IMG/VR virus record: IMGVR_UViG_3300034061_004620
DNA: 64,000 nt
Strand: one strand, 5' to 3'
Source of the DNA: a virus
Taxonomy: Duplodnaviria > Caudoviricetes
Part shown: positions 19,657 through 29,575 of the stretch, piece after piece
How positions within the stretch are numbered: the first letter of the stretch is position 1
Layout: the number at the start of each line of letters is the position of its first letter
The notes under the pieces: model-generated
What the model was told of the DNA's origin: nothing
The model's input: the letters and a program-made list of their open reading frames with translations, nothing else
Database searches by the model: none
Translations under genes and position numbers: made by a program

Positions 19657-20093
19657 TGGCAGCAAAATTTGCAAATGGTTTTTACCAAATTTTAAACCCA
19701 GACAAATATGTAGGAAAGAAAGTTCCACATTTCAGAAGCAGTTGGGAACACACATTTATGAGATTTTGTGACACTAATCCGGCGGTGTTGCAGTGGGCCA
19801 GTGAAGCAATACACATACCATATCGCAATCCTTTTACAAACAAAAATACAATTTATGTGCCTGATTTTATGATCATGTACGTGAATAAAAATGGTGACAA
19901 GTATGCAGAACTTATTGAAGTAAAACCTACTAAAGAAACCAATCTTCAAGAAGCACGTAGCGAAAGAGACAAAGCCTCGGCAATTTTAAATATGTACAAA
20001 TGGCAAGCAGCCCAAGCCTGGTGCAGCCAAAATGGTTTACGCTTTCGTGTTATAACTGAAAATGATATCTTCCATCAAGGACGAGCTCGGTAA
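19656..20093 (+). CDS. gp4: Head completion nuclease, T4 gp4-like (TnsA-N fold)
   Basis: G.Y..LNPDKYVG..FRSSWE..FM..CD.NP.VLQWASE..IPY..YVPDF..ELIEVKP..KW.AA..WC..F.VITE. Confidence 0.9.
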   Translation: MAAKFANGFYQILNPDKYVGKKVPHFRSSWEHTFMRFCDTNPAVLQWASEAIHIPYRNPFTNKNTIYVPDFMIMYVNKNGDKYAELIEVKPTKETNLQEARSERDKASAILNMYKWQAAQAWCSQNGLRFRVITENDIFHQGRAR

Positions 20094-20101
20094 ATACGAG
20101 C
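20085..20101 (+). promoter_or_regulatory. Late promoter in a hairpin loop, 5 nt before the start codon
   Basis: GCTCG-gTAAATA-CGAGC immediately followed by ATG 20102. Confidence 0.6.
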
Positions 20102-20599
20102 ATGACCAAAAAACTCTCAGAACTCTTTGATCTTCCTACTAATTTGCCTTCAACAGAATCTGCTGAATCAAACGAAGCTTTGAAAGCCATTGCTGACAAC
20201 AAAGAAATAATTGCCCGAGTAGACGAAGCTATAGACAAAATTGATATAGCATTGCCTACAGTGCGTGATCTCGAAGCCAGTGACCAAGAAATGGACGAAC
20301 TTGCAAACTTGGCTAAAGACAAATTTAACGATCTGATGGATTTAGGCATGAACATGGATCCAAGATTTGGCGGAGTGGTATTTCAAACAGCAGGCACATT
20401 GCTGGGTCATGCTATCACAGCCAAAACAGCCAAAATGGACAAAAAGCTACGTATGGTACAACTACAGCTACAGAAGGCCCGACTGGACCACCAAGTGAGC
20501 AAAGACGCACCAGAGGATCGTCCTATAGATGGACAAGGCATTGTGCTTGACCGTAATGCATTACTGGAACAGATTCTCCAAAAGAACAAAAACACATAA
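20102..20599 (+). CDS. Probable terminase small subunit
   Basis: 165 aa helical protein; DQEMDELA..FNDLMDLG..R..VFQTAG.L..AI.AK..K..KKL pattern and R..LL..I tail like T4-type TerS; next to gp4. Confidence 0.55.
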   Translation: MTKKLSELFDLPTNLPSTESAESNEALKAIADNKEIIARVDEAIDKIDIALPTVRDLEASDQEMDELANLAKDKFNDLMDLGMNMDPRFGGVVFQTAGTLLGHAITAKTAKMDKKLRMVQLQLQKARLDHQVSKDAPEDRPIDGQGIVLDRNALLEQILQKNKNT

Positions 20600-20602
20600 A
20601 TA
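20597..20602 (+). promoter_or_regulatory. Late promoter TAAATA
   Basis: Followed by SD AGGA and ATG 20625. Confidence 0.65.
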
Positions 20603-20624
20603 CTCTATAAACAGGATTTTACCT

Positions 20625-21245
20625 ATGAAAAGTCTCCACGATTATATAGCAGAACGAAACTCAAACTACAGTTTTAGGATCAAGGTAGCAAAACAAAACC
20701 CCAAAGATATCATGGAAGAAATCAAGAACGCTCTTGATGCTTACGAACTTGTAGATATCACCACACCAAAAAGTATGCCGGTACAAGAGCATAGAGAATT
20801 TCCCAAGTGGGGTGCATGCGAATGTTGGCAATTTGAAGCCACAGTGGCATATCCTACTACTACAGTACAAATCGCACAATTACTTAAAGAACGCACAGGC
20901 ATGCAGGCCGAGTGGGTTTGTGTGTACGGCAAACAACAAGCAGATCAAAACGATTATGCCGAAGCTTATGGCAAGGATCACGAAGGCGCACTATTGTTAG
21001 ACGGAGAACTCAAAGACGTACCCGGTGGGCAAGATCTTGTGGCAGAAAAGCGCAAAGACAGCTTATTAAAAGAACTTGATAAGAAGAGTCCATTACTAAC
21101 AGGCCCTGGCGAACCAGACTTAGTGACTACCCACGCAAAAGAAAGAACCAAGCCAGCACAAACAACTAATGCACTTCCGCAAGGTACTAAGAGTCCTGTA
21201 GGTAGCCAACAAAACAAATTACCCCCAATTAAAGGAAGAAAATAA
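20625..21245 (+). CDS. Putative internal head protein with CTS-like leader MKSLHDYIAE
   Basis: Start moved from 20529 to ATG 20625 (SD and late promoter); the leader resembles T4 IPII/IPIII MKTYQEFIAE. Confidence 0.6.
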   Translation: MKSLHDYIAERNSNYSFRIKVAKQNPKDIMEEIKNALDAYELVDITTPKSMPVQEHREFPKWGACECWQFEATVAYPTTTVQIAQLLKERTGMQAEWVCVYGKQQADQNDYAEAYGKDHEGALLLDGELKDVPGGQDLVAEKRKDSLLKELDKKSPLLTGPGEPDLVTTHAKERTKPAQTTNALPQGTKSPVGSQQNKLPPIKGRK

Positions 21246-22222
21246 TGAGCAACAATATCTATGACATCTTGAAAAAGATGCAACGCCTTGAGTCACCCAA
21301 GCAGGTTCTTGCAGAAGGTAAAAAAGCAAAACCTGATTTTGCAGACCTTGACAAGGATGGTGACAAAAAAGAGCCTATGAAAAAAGCTGCCAAAGAAAAA
21401 AACAAAGGCGCAATCGCAGAAGCAGTTGCTCGAGTTGAAAAGAATTTAGCAGAAAAGTACATGAGCTACAAGAAACGACTGGGCGAAGAGTCTGACATGA
21501 TTAGAAAAGTTATTCCGGTCAATGTCATTGATGGCCCTGGCGGTTACGAAGAAGCACAAAAGCGTATTAAAGATCATGAATCATCAAAAGTAAAGAGACA
21601 AGAAATGCCAGGTAAAGAGTTACCTCCAGTAGACGATAGATCTCGACCAGCCGACAAGCCCAAGACTAAAGAAGTAGATGAAAGTGGCTTACAAGCGTAT
21701 CTTGGCAAAAAGAAGTATGGCAAAGAAGGTATGCAGGCATTACAGAAAGCAGGCCGCGAAGGTGCAAGTAAAGAAAAAATGGCCAGCATTCGTGCCCGTC
21801 ATGACAAGATGGATGAAGACGCATACAATGAAGACATGCTGAGTCCTAAGCAACAAAAAATTGCTCGTATGGCCGGGGATCCTAAAAAAATTGACGCCAA
21901 CGATCTAAAAGCTTTGCGAGCCGGTAAGAACAAAAAAGCCGAAGGCAATGCTTTTAGTGGCGCTTTAGATGCAGCAAGAGACGCTGGCAAATCTGAATTT
22001 GAAGTCGACGGAAAAAGCTATAAAGTAAAAGAAGGCTGGGACGAAATGCTAAAAGCACAAAAAGAACGTAGCGGTCCACAACCCAGTGGCGGATCAGGCA
22101 TTAAGCAAGGCAAACGTTATGGTGGCGGCGCACAAACCGACGAACCAGACACAGATAACGAAACAGGTGAAGTAGCTAAAAAAGGCCGCGGTCGCCCTAA
22201 AAAAGATAAATTTGCAAAATGA
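21245..22222 (+). CDS. Putative internal head / prohead-core polyprotein-like protein (DxDxDG motif, C-terminal AT-hook)
   Basis: Lys-rich modules separated by LAE/IAE/VDE/MDE/VKE; KPDFADLDKDGDKKE; KKGRGRPKK. Confidence 0.55.
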   Translation: MSNNIYDILKKMQRLESPKQVLAEGKKAKPDFADLDKDGDKKEPMKKAAKEKNKGAIAEAVARVEKNLAEKYMSYKKRLGEESDMIRKVIPVNVIDGPGGYEEAQKRIKDHESSKVKRQEMPGKELPPVDDRSRPADKPKTKEVDESGLQAYLGKKKYGKEGMQALQKAGREGASKEKMASIRARHDKMDEDAYNEDMLSPKQQKIARMAGDPKKIDANDLKALRAGKNKKAEGNAFSGALDAARDAGKSEFEVDGKSYKVKEGWDEMLKAQKERSGPQPSGGSGIKQGKRYGGGAQTDEPDTDNETGEVAKKGRGRPKKDKFAK

Positions 22223-25200
22223 AAATTCGTGAAATAGCCAAACAGTCTTCATTACAAGAAGGTGCAATATCTAACAAAGTGTTACCTGGTTTGAGTTTTG
22301 CTGACGCTGGTATCAGAGTGGCTGAAAAAGATTATCCCGGTGCCGCCATTGCTGGCACAGCAGCTGGGCTAAGTCTAATACCAACAATACCCACACAAGC
22401 TGCCAGTATTGGTTTAGAGGCATTTAATCAATTACGCGACGAAGCTGCGCGACGCGGTGGTTGGGGAAATCTTGGCAGAGATATGATGAAGTCTGTCAGG
22501 GATGGTGATTTTGATCATATCCATATGCTACCAGAAGAATTTGACAAATTAGATCAATTAGAACGAGCAGGCAAACTTGACGAAGGTGGTTTAACAAGTA
22601 TTCCAGGCTGGATAGCCAAATACGGTGATGATGCTGTTCGGTGGTTAAAAACTGTCGGAAGACGCGATAAACCAGATGCTCCTGCTTCTAAGCCAGAAGT
22701 ACCAGATGCCTCGGTACCTTCTAAGAAGCCATACACCAGAGACGAAGATTTGCCTATTGTGGGGCGAGATACACCTACTCCACCACCGGCCTCAACTCCT
22801 GTAGAATTACCAAAACAAAAACGATTTGAATCAGACAAAGCATATTTAGACAGATTACAAAAAATGGGTCCTGAGTTTGTGCAAAAGAAAACACAAATGG
22901 ATCAAGCTCTGATTAGTGCTAATCAAGCAAAAGAGTTAAGTAAAGGACCAGTTAGAAAAGGATTAGAAACAACTGGAAAATTCTTAGTAAGGAACCCAAT
23001 AACATGGGGTGCAGGGGCATACGGAGGATACGAAGCAGCTAAAGAATACGGACCAGATATAGGACGAAAATCGATTGAATGGTGGCGACAAGGTCCTGAA
23101 AAAGAAATTCTCCAAAAAGCTCCTGAAGGCGAATTGCTGTCAGACATTATAAAAGGTGTAACAGCACAACCTCCAGCCAATGCACCGGCTCCGGTGACAC
23201 CAGAAAAACAGCAAGAACTCCCACCGCATATAGATCCTGCCACCGGCAAAACAAGGGACCAAGGCGCCAGACTTGATGACAAAGAAAAAACATTGACTGA
23301 GAAATATCAACAGTTTCTCAATGACGATAAAAAGCCGCAATACACCAAGGAACAGTTTATTCAATTGGCTGCAAAATATGCCAAGCAGTATGATGTTCCA
23401 TTGCCTGTAGTCTTACATGCCATGCGTAAGGAAACTGGTGCGTATGATGCAAACACCGCAGCCACAGTTCTTGGACCCAAAACCAAATATGGACAAGCAG
23501 TTGGTGTCATGCAGTTGATGCCATCATTCTTTAAAACATTAAAACCTGAAGATCTAACAAATCCAGATCGAAACATTGAAGCTGGTACAAAATTTTTAGC
23601 AAACTTGTACAAGACATACGGCAGTGCCGAAGCAGCCCTGGCAGCATACAACGCCGGACCATATAATAAAAAATTTAAGGCTTGGCTTAAATCCAATGAT
23701 CCAAAAGATTTACCGGCACAGACCAGAGAATATCTCTACGGCGATCCACGAAAGAAAACTGTTGGCTATGTTGATGATGTAGCACAACAAGTTGCGCTAT
23801 TGAATCCACCGAGCACCAGAGATAAAGTTGTAAAGGTAGCTACAGACGTATTGGCTGCTGCCACAGGATCAGGCGACGCACAAGCAGCAAACAGCAAAAA
23901 ATCTAAAGCTGAAGTCATCAGCGGCCCTCAATATCCACCTCACGGTACACCAATAGAGAAAGTACAACTACCTGGTCATTGGACCAATCCTGTATTGAAA
24001 CCTTTAGATGGTAGAGTACACATGCAGTTGCAAGATTTAAGTGGCGAGTTTAAAGCGGCCTTAGATAAAGCCATGGCCGATTATGCCAAAGACAATCCAG
24101 GAGTTACAATTACTGTAACCAGCGGAGTGAGAACTCCCGAAGATCAAAAGGCTTTGGCCAAGCGAGCAGCAATAGAATATGAAAAAATGAAAAGGGGAGA
24201 GCCGAACAATTATATACCTGCCTCAAAAGAATTAGCCGGACATGCAGGATATGCCATTGACATGAACACTCCTGATCTGGTAAAATTTTCCAAATGGTTG
24301 CGAAAAAACGATCCATATGACAAAAAAAATCCAAGCAACACAAAATACGGATTGCAAGACGGATTCGAAATAGCAGACCGTGTGCATTTACAATTGAGAG
24401 GCTACGAGCAATTAGATTCAGAAAAGGCCAGAAGAGCATACAATAAAAACTTGCCTATAGATAAACAAATTCTAACTGCCTCTGATTGGGAATCGTATGT
24501 ACAACGCACAGAAGCCGAAAAACTGGCTTTAGCGCAGCCTAAAGACAAGAAACTAACCGATCCCGGACTTGGTGGTGCTCCAGAAGCCCAGGCTGATACA
24601 ACATCAAAAGCAGATAACAGTAAACCTCTCAAATTTCCTTCTATTAGATCAGATATACCATCCGTTGATTACCAGTCTCAAGGTGATGACACACCGGCTA
24701 AATCAGCTGAAAAGAAAGCAGAAAAGCCAGCTGATAAACCTGCCGACAAAGACAAATCTAAAGCAAAAACTCGCGTTACAACAGATGCAACGGGAAGAGA
24801 AACAACATATACTCAAAATGAAAAAGGCCAATGGGTCGATCCTCGAGGCAATATTATGCCCGCACCCGAAAAACCAGGATCAAGAAAAGATCTTGATATC
24901 ACTGACAAAGGCGGAGACCCCAGTGCAGCAGATTTAGAAAAATCAAGAAACATAACCGGTCGTAAAGATCCTCTCATCGATCCTGACACTGGTTTTCCTA
25001 CCACAGAAAAAGCCTTACGCGACAAACTTACTCAGCGTGCCGCCGACGAAAAGGCAGCAGCAGAACGAGAAGCCAAGCGTATTGCTGACTTAGAAAAAAT
25101 TCAACGAGATGCAGAAGCCAGGAAAAAGGCCGAAAAACCAGCCGACAAAGAAGCAGGTAAAGCAGATGCAGGCACAGGTCTTGCTGGCACAGACACAGGC

Positions 25201-26040
25201 AAAGACAAAGGTAAAGCAGATAAACAACAACGTGTGCCAGCTGCACCTGCTGCTGAAGTTCCTGCTGCAGACGCAAAAGATAAGTCTGCTAAAATAAATG
25301 TACGTAAAGAATTTGAAAAGGCCTTTGCAGCAGCAAGAGCCGCACAGGCGTTAAAGACCGGAAAAGGCAGTGGAGGAACATTCACATGGACAGATCCACG
25401 AACTGGTAAAGAAAGTACATATACTACAGACTACGGTGATGAGGTCAAAGATAAAAAGTCAGTAAAGGTGGTACCTAAAGCTGAACCTAAAGCCGAACCA
25501 AAAGCCGATGCTGGTGCTGACACATACTGGGTAGATCCAAGACTATCAAAAGTGCCATACGATGTTATACGCAAGCAGATTAAACCTGATTATACAGTGG
25601 ATGCAGATCCGGATGCAATAAAAGTTCCACGAGCTACAGAACCTGATACAGATACAAAATTGCCATCACAGACACGTAGTGTGAGCGAGCCAGACCGTGC
25701 CAATGTATTACGTTCCACAGACGGCACCCCAGTTACATCAGGCACAGGCGAACCGTGGGGTACCGGCACCAGTACCAAGAAAGATATAGAACGTGCCAAG
25801 GATGAATTGCAGAAAAAAATTGATGATGAAAAATTCAAAAAAGAATTGCAAAAAATTAGTCCTGATTTGTCAGAACCCGAACAAGGTAATAGATGGATTG
25901 ACAAATGGAATCAAGGCATAGAAGCACTAACTGGTAAAGAAAGAATGACACCCGATGACATGAACAGGATACGTGTTCCAGAATCGGTAAATACAGAACT
26001 GAATGACATATTATGGTTGGCTGGAAGGGTAAAAAGATAA
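22219..26040 (+). CDS. Large virion protein with SLT lytic transglycosylase and M15-type peptidase domains
   Basis: SLT ~23341-23790 (MRKET..AVGVMQLMP..NIEAGTKFL..ALAAYNAGP); M15 ~24020-24410 (VTSGVRTPEDQ..AGHAGYAIDM..DRVHLQL). Confidence 0.75.
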   Translation: MKIREIAKQSSLQEGAISNKVLPGLSFADAGIRVAEKDYPGAAIAGTAAGLSLIPTIPTQAASIGLEAFNQLRDEAARRGGWGNLGRDMMKSVRDGDFDHIHMLPEEFDKLDQLERAGKLDEGGLTSIPGWIAKYGDDAVRWLKTVGRRDKPDAPASKPEVPDASVPSKKPYTRDEDLPIVGRDTPTPPPASTPVELPKQKRFESDKAYLDRLQKMGPEFVQKKTQMDQALISANQAKELSKGPVRKGLETTGKFLVRNPITWGAGAYGGYEAAKEYGPDIGRKSIEWWRQGPEKEILQKAPEGELLSDIIKGVTAQPPANAPAPVTPEKQQELPPHIDPATGKTRDQGARLDDKEKTLTEKYQQFLNDDKKPQYTKEQFIQLAAKYAKQYDVPLPVVLHAMRKETGAYDANTAATVLGPKTKYGQAVGVMQLMPSFFKTLKPEDLTNPDRNIEAGTKFLANLYKTYGSAEAALAAYNAGPYNKKFKAWLKSNDPKDLPAQTREYLYGDPRKKTVGYVDDVAQQVALLNPPSTRDKVVKVATDVLAAATGSGDAQAANSKKSKAEVISGPQYPPHGTPIEKVQLPGHWTNPVLKPLDGRVHMQLQDLSGEFKAALDKAMADYAKDNPGVTITVTSGVRTPEDQKALAKRAAIEYEKMKRGEPNNYIPASKELAGHAGYAIDMNTPDLVKFSKWLRKNDPYDKKNPSNTKYGLQDGFEIADRVHLQLRGYEQLDSEKARRAYNKNLPIDKQILTASDWESYVQRTEAEKLALAQPKDKKLTDPGLGGAPEAQADTTSKADNSKPLKFPSIRSDIPSVDYQSQGDDTPAKSAEKKAEKPADKPADKDKSKAKTRVTTDATGRETTYTQNEKGQWVDPRGNIMPAPEKPGSRKDLDITDKGGDPSAADLEKSRNITGRKDPLIDPDTGFPTTEKALRDKLTQRAADEKAAAEREAKRIADLEKIQRDAEARKKAEKPADKEAGKADAGTGLAGTDTGKDKGKADKQQRVPAAPAAEVPAADAKDKSAKINVRKEFEKAFAAARAAQALKTGKGSGGTFTWTDPRTGKESTYTTDYGDEVKDKKSVKVVPKAEPKAEPKADAGADTYWVDPRLSKVPYDVIRKQIKPDYTVDADPDAIKVPRATEPDTDTKLPSQTRSVSEPDRANVLRSTDGTPVTSGTGEPWGTGTSTKKDIERAKDELQKKIDDEKFKKELQKISPDLSEPEQGNRWIDKWNQGIEALTGKERMTPDDMNRIRVPESVNTELNDILWLAGRVKR
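25988..25993 (+). promoter_or_regulatory. Possible late promoter TAAATA inside the end of the SLT/M15 gene
   Basis: GGTAAATAC, 48 nt before ATG 26042. Confidence 0.4.
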
Positions 26041-26041
26041 A

Positions 26042-29000
26042 ATGAACATGCGAGAACTAATAAATCTAATAGAGGCACCGGCTCCTAAACAAGGTGTTAC
26101 TGGACAAAAACTTGCTCAAACAAGTGGCGGCCAATTTATGAATCGAGCCGATAGAACCAATCAAGCCAAAGTTGATGCAGCGTTAGGCCCAGGATTCAAA
26201 GCAGGAAGTGCAGCAGCCAATCAGGCATTAGCTAAAAAATTCAGTCAGCCACAAGCTGTACCGGCAGCAAACACAGCAAGTGCTCAACAATCAGCAGCAT
26301 TAGACACTTCCAAGGCAAATGCAATTGGTGGGCAACAGGCAGCAACCACGGCAGCAGCACCAGAACCAGACACAAGAGGTGCAGCAGCGATGGCAAGTAG
26401 ATCGGCCCCGGCCGCTGCAAATACAGAGCCAGTTCAAGCAGCAGCTCCTGCTCAAACTTCAGATCAGATTGCAACCGCTGCACTAAATGCACAAGATTCA
26501 ACACCACAAGCTGACACAAGAGGTGCAGCAGCAATGGCCAGTAGATCAACAAGTACTCCTGCTCAAACTTCAGATCAGATTGCAACCGCTGCACTAAATG
26601 CACAAGATTCAACACCACAAGCTGACACAAGAGGTGCAGCAGCAATGGCCAGTAGATCAACAAGTACTCCTGCTCAAACAACTCCGGATCAAATACCAAC
26701 TCAAACAGCAACAGCTCAAAGTATAGGTGCTACTAATTTGCAAGGCGAAAATCCAGCAGCACCAGCACAACAAAATACAGCAGCACCTGCTCAAGCAGGC
26801 GGATATGCTCAGAGTGCCACTGCCGCCACCAATAATCCTGCACCCAAGAGTGACTATCAGCCTGTAGCTGGAAGTTCTAATTTAGTCTCAAGAACCTCCG
26901 ATAAAATTGCAGCAGACGCAAAAGCTGGGCCTGGTGGGCAAAATCCTGCAACAAAAAGTTATGCCAGTTTTGGTGATTTTGCCAGTGCTGTAGGAAACAA
27001 AGTTAAAGGTTTTTTTGGTGGCAATCAACCAGCACCAGACGCAACTGCAGGTACTGGTCCTAATTTAGGTACAGGAACATTAGGCAGCACACCAAATGCA
27101 CAACAGCCGCCTGCATTTGTGCCGTCAGCTACAACAGCCGGCACCCCAGCTGCGTTTGGTAAAGTTGCCGAAGCTGATGCGCCAGTGAATTCCGCACCTC
27201 AGCAGCCGGCAGCAAAAACTCAAAAAGCACCAAGCATGTACGATGTTGACAAGGCCAACAGAAAAGAAATAGCAAGTCAATTTGACCCTAATTCAACTTA
27301 TGTAAATCCCCATGACAAAGATACACGAGCGTCTGCTCCAGGATCAAAGGCAGTAAACACCATGGCTGACTTTGAAGAAGATGTTGATCATGCATTGGCA
27401 GAGATGATGCGCTTGAGTGGTTTAACTTTGAGTGAAAAAGCACCACCAGGCAAGAAGGCCGAACGCATGGTTAAACACATTAAAAAAGGTTATGCCAAGG
27501 ACGGTAAACTCACAGACAAAGAAAAGTCAATTGCATTTGCAACTGCATGGAAACAGCACAACAAAGAAAAGGTAAACGAAGGCATGGACATTATGTTAGA
27601 CGAAGATGGGCATACACTAAAACATATCGTTAATAGATTCAAACATGAAACTAAAAATTTCATGAATACAGGATTTATGGCAGAGAACTTGTATGATGCA
27701 TTATATGATTATTATCTGGATAGAGGCGACATGCCTTACGGTATTGCCAAGGCAAGAGAAGGTGATCCATACGAGTGGGTAGAAGAACACTTCTATGCAG
27801 ACATGGGCAGTCAAATGAGTGAAGGTGCTGTAGCAGAACAAACTGTGGACCCACTGAGTGAATTAGCACGTTTGGCTGGATTGTCAGAAGACGGTCCTGG
27901 ATCTGCTATGCTAAATGCCCCAAAGAAAGACACTGATTCATTTGCAGACAGAATGAGAAGTGCAGGAAAAGAAATTAGGCGTACGATTGATCGCGCAACA
28001 TTGCCAGCTGCAATGAGAGCAGATTATGATAGAATTGAAGCAGAAAAAGAAAGAGCCTCAGCTCCTGTAGCAACACCAGCAGTCGCTAAAGCTGATGCAT
28101 TTAAAGATGCAATGGGTTCTGGATCCAACAAAGCACAAGCAGATGACAAATTGAAAGAAATGGGCGACAGTCCATTGGCAAGACTCAATCAAATGCCACA
28201 AACTAAAGGACAAGAACCAAGTTCGGGTGCAGCGAGCTCGTTCGCACCACGTGAGCGCGAGCGTGTGGTTAGCCCCAAGATTGACAAATACGAAAAAGAC
28301 AAAGAACGTGCAGAAAAAGCCAGAAGAGATATTGTTGATAGAGAAAGTCCAGATGCTAATACATTTGGTCGTAAAATAGGCAAAGCAGTATCAGAACCAG
28401 TTGCAGCAATCAAGAGTGCATGGCACGGTGCAACAGATGCCTGGGATCATACTATGGGCAATGATACAGCCCCAGATCCAAAACCACCAGTTAGTGTTGT
28501 TAACAAAAGAGACTGGAAAGGTGACAAGGATAATCCTGCACTAAAAGAAAATGACGAGTTAAATCGTATGCGTAAAATTGCCGGACTACAGGAATGTGGA
28601 GATATGGGCATGGAACGCGATCATATGCAACAAAAAGATCGATTGAATGTTACCACAAACATGAGCAGTGATGGTACCAAGGACGTCACTATCAATGCAC
28701 AAGGTGACGCCGCAGAAGATCTACTGTCTATGTTGAAACTGGCAGGTATGGAAAGACATCATCAGCCTACAATGGTCATGATTGACCGCGATGAAGAAAT
28801 GATGGAACGAGAAGAAACTCCTGTACCTGATGATGGTAATGTATTAGGTGGTATGGGAGATTTTGAACAAATAGATGCAATAGACGAAGCCAAGAAGAAG
28901 CGTATTACACGTCATAGCAACACACCCGACGAAGAATATCAAACCGTAGATAGTATTCTACGTCAAGGCAATGATCTCAACAGAGAAAAACGCCAGTACA

Positions 29001-29575
29001 AGAAAGAATACCCCGGCGACAATCCAATGTCTGAAAGCATGCTTGATCAAGACTTAAACGACATCCTTGAGAGCATCTTGATTCGCGAAGAACCTATTCC
29101 AACTACTACAGATCCTGAGACAGGACGAGTAAAAGCAACATTACCCTCAAATTTTTTCCGTCCTGGTAAAAAACGTGATCGTGCCAGTCAAGAGATACCA
29201 ATGGAACCTGAATCGCCAGAATCTCGTGTAACTGGGCCACGCAGTATGAAAATACCTGGTGAGCGAACAGGTACAGAAAACTTTGGTAAAGACAAAGAAG
29301 TTGACGAAGGTTGGGAAGATGTAAAAACAGGTGTATCTAACTTTGTTGGAGATCTTTTTAACACAGACGACAGTATACGCAGAAGAAGCGGGCAGTTTCG
29401 TGATCTTGAAGCTATGCAACAAAAGTATAAACCTGGAACTCCAGAGTATGATCAATTGGAAATGCGTAAGACCAAGCAAAAAGAAAGGTATTACGGAGAC
29501 CAAGGTGAAGTGGTAGGTAAAGACGGCGAACCAATTAAAGTATTACCACCTGATCAATGGAAAGGTGGCAAGTGA
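26042..29575 (+). CDS. Large low-complexity putative internal head protein (leader MNMRELINLIE, four LxxLAG-type helices)
   Basis: 1177 aa, Ala/Gln/Pro-rich N-terminal half, many (L/V/M/I)xE sites. Confidence 0.55.
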   Translation: MNMRELINLIEAPAPKQGVTGQKLAQTSGGQFMNRADRTNQAKVDAALGPGFKAGSAAANQALAKKFSQPQAVPAANTASAQQSAALDTSKANAIGGQQAATTAAAPEPDTRGAAAMASRSAPAAANTEPVQAAAPAQTSDQIATAALNAQDSTPQADTRGAAAMASRSTSTPAQTSDQIATAALNAQDSTPQADTRGAAAMASRSTSTPAQTTPDQIPTQTATAQSIGATNLQGENPAAPAQQNTAAPAQAGGYAQSATAATNNPAPKSDYQPVAGSSNLVSRTSDKIAADAKAGPGGQNPATKSYASFGDFASAVGNKVKGFFGGNQPAPDATAGTGPNLGTGTLGSTPNAQQPPAFVPSATTAGTPAAFGKVAEADAPVNSAPQQPAAKTQKAPSMYDVDKANRKEIASQFDPNSTYVNPHDKDTRASAPGSKAVNTMADFEEDVDHALAEMMRLSGLTLSEKAPPGKKAERMVKHIKKGYAKDGKLTDKEKSIAFATAWKQHNKEKVNEGMDIMLDEDGHTLKHIVNRFKHETKNFMNTGFMAENLYDALYDYYLDRGDMPYGIAKAREGDPYEWVEEHFYADMGSQMSEGAVAEQTVDPLSELARLAGLSEDGPGSAMLNAPKKDTDSFADRMRSAGKEIRRTIDRATLPAAMRADYDRIEAEKERASAPVATPAVAKADAFKDAMGSGSNKAQADDKLKEMGDSPLARLNQMPQTKGQEPSSGAASSFAPRERERVVSPKIDKYEKDKERAEKARRDIVDRESPDANTFGRKIGKAVSEPVAAIKSAWHGATDAWDHTMGNDTAPDPKPPVSVVNKRDWKGDKDNPALKENDELNRMRKIAGLQECGDMGMERDHMQQKDRLNVTTNMSSDGTKDVTINAQGDAAEDLLSMLKLAGMERHHQPTMVMIDRDEEMMEREETPVPDDGNVLGGMGDFEQIDAIDEAKKKRITRHSNTPDEEYQTVDSILRQGNDLNREKRQYKKEYPGDNPMSESMLDQDLNDILESILIREEPIPTTTDPETGRVKATLPSNFFRPGKKRDRASQEIPMEPESPESRVTGPRSMKIPGERTGTENFGKDKEVDEGWEDVKTGVSNFVGDLFNTDDSIRRRSGQFRDLEAMQQKYKPGTPEYDQLEMRKTKQKERYYGDQGEVVGKDGEPIKVLPPDQWKGGK
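26445..26679 (+). repeat. Exact in-frame tandem repeat, 111 bp x ~2.1 (37-aa unit)
   Basis: Unit starts CTCCTGCTCAAAC at 26445, 26556 and 26667; encodes PAQTSDQIATAALNAQDSTPQADTRGAAAMASRSTST. Confidence 0.95.

Noticed and set aside
19656-20093. Tn7-like transposon (TnsA-type nuclease)
   Set aside because: This is the T4 gp4 head-completion family in its normal virion-gene context; no TnsB/C or terminal repeats.
26445-26679. CRISPR-like or non-coding repeat array
   Set aside because: The repeat is in frame, has no spacers and lies within a long ORF; no cas genes.
22219-29575. Tape-measure protein
   Set aside because: Pro-rich and disordered, without long periodic helical repeats or TM segments; leaders and xE sites fit head cargo better. 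Not fully excluded for 22219.
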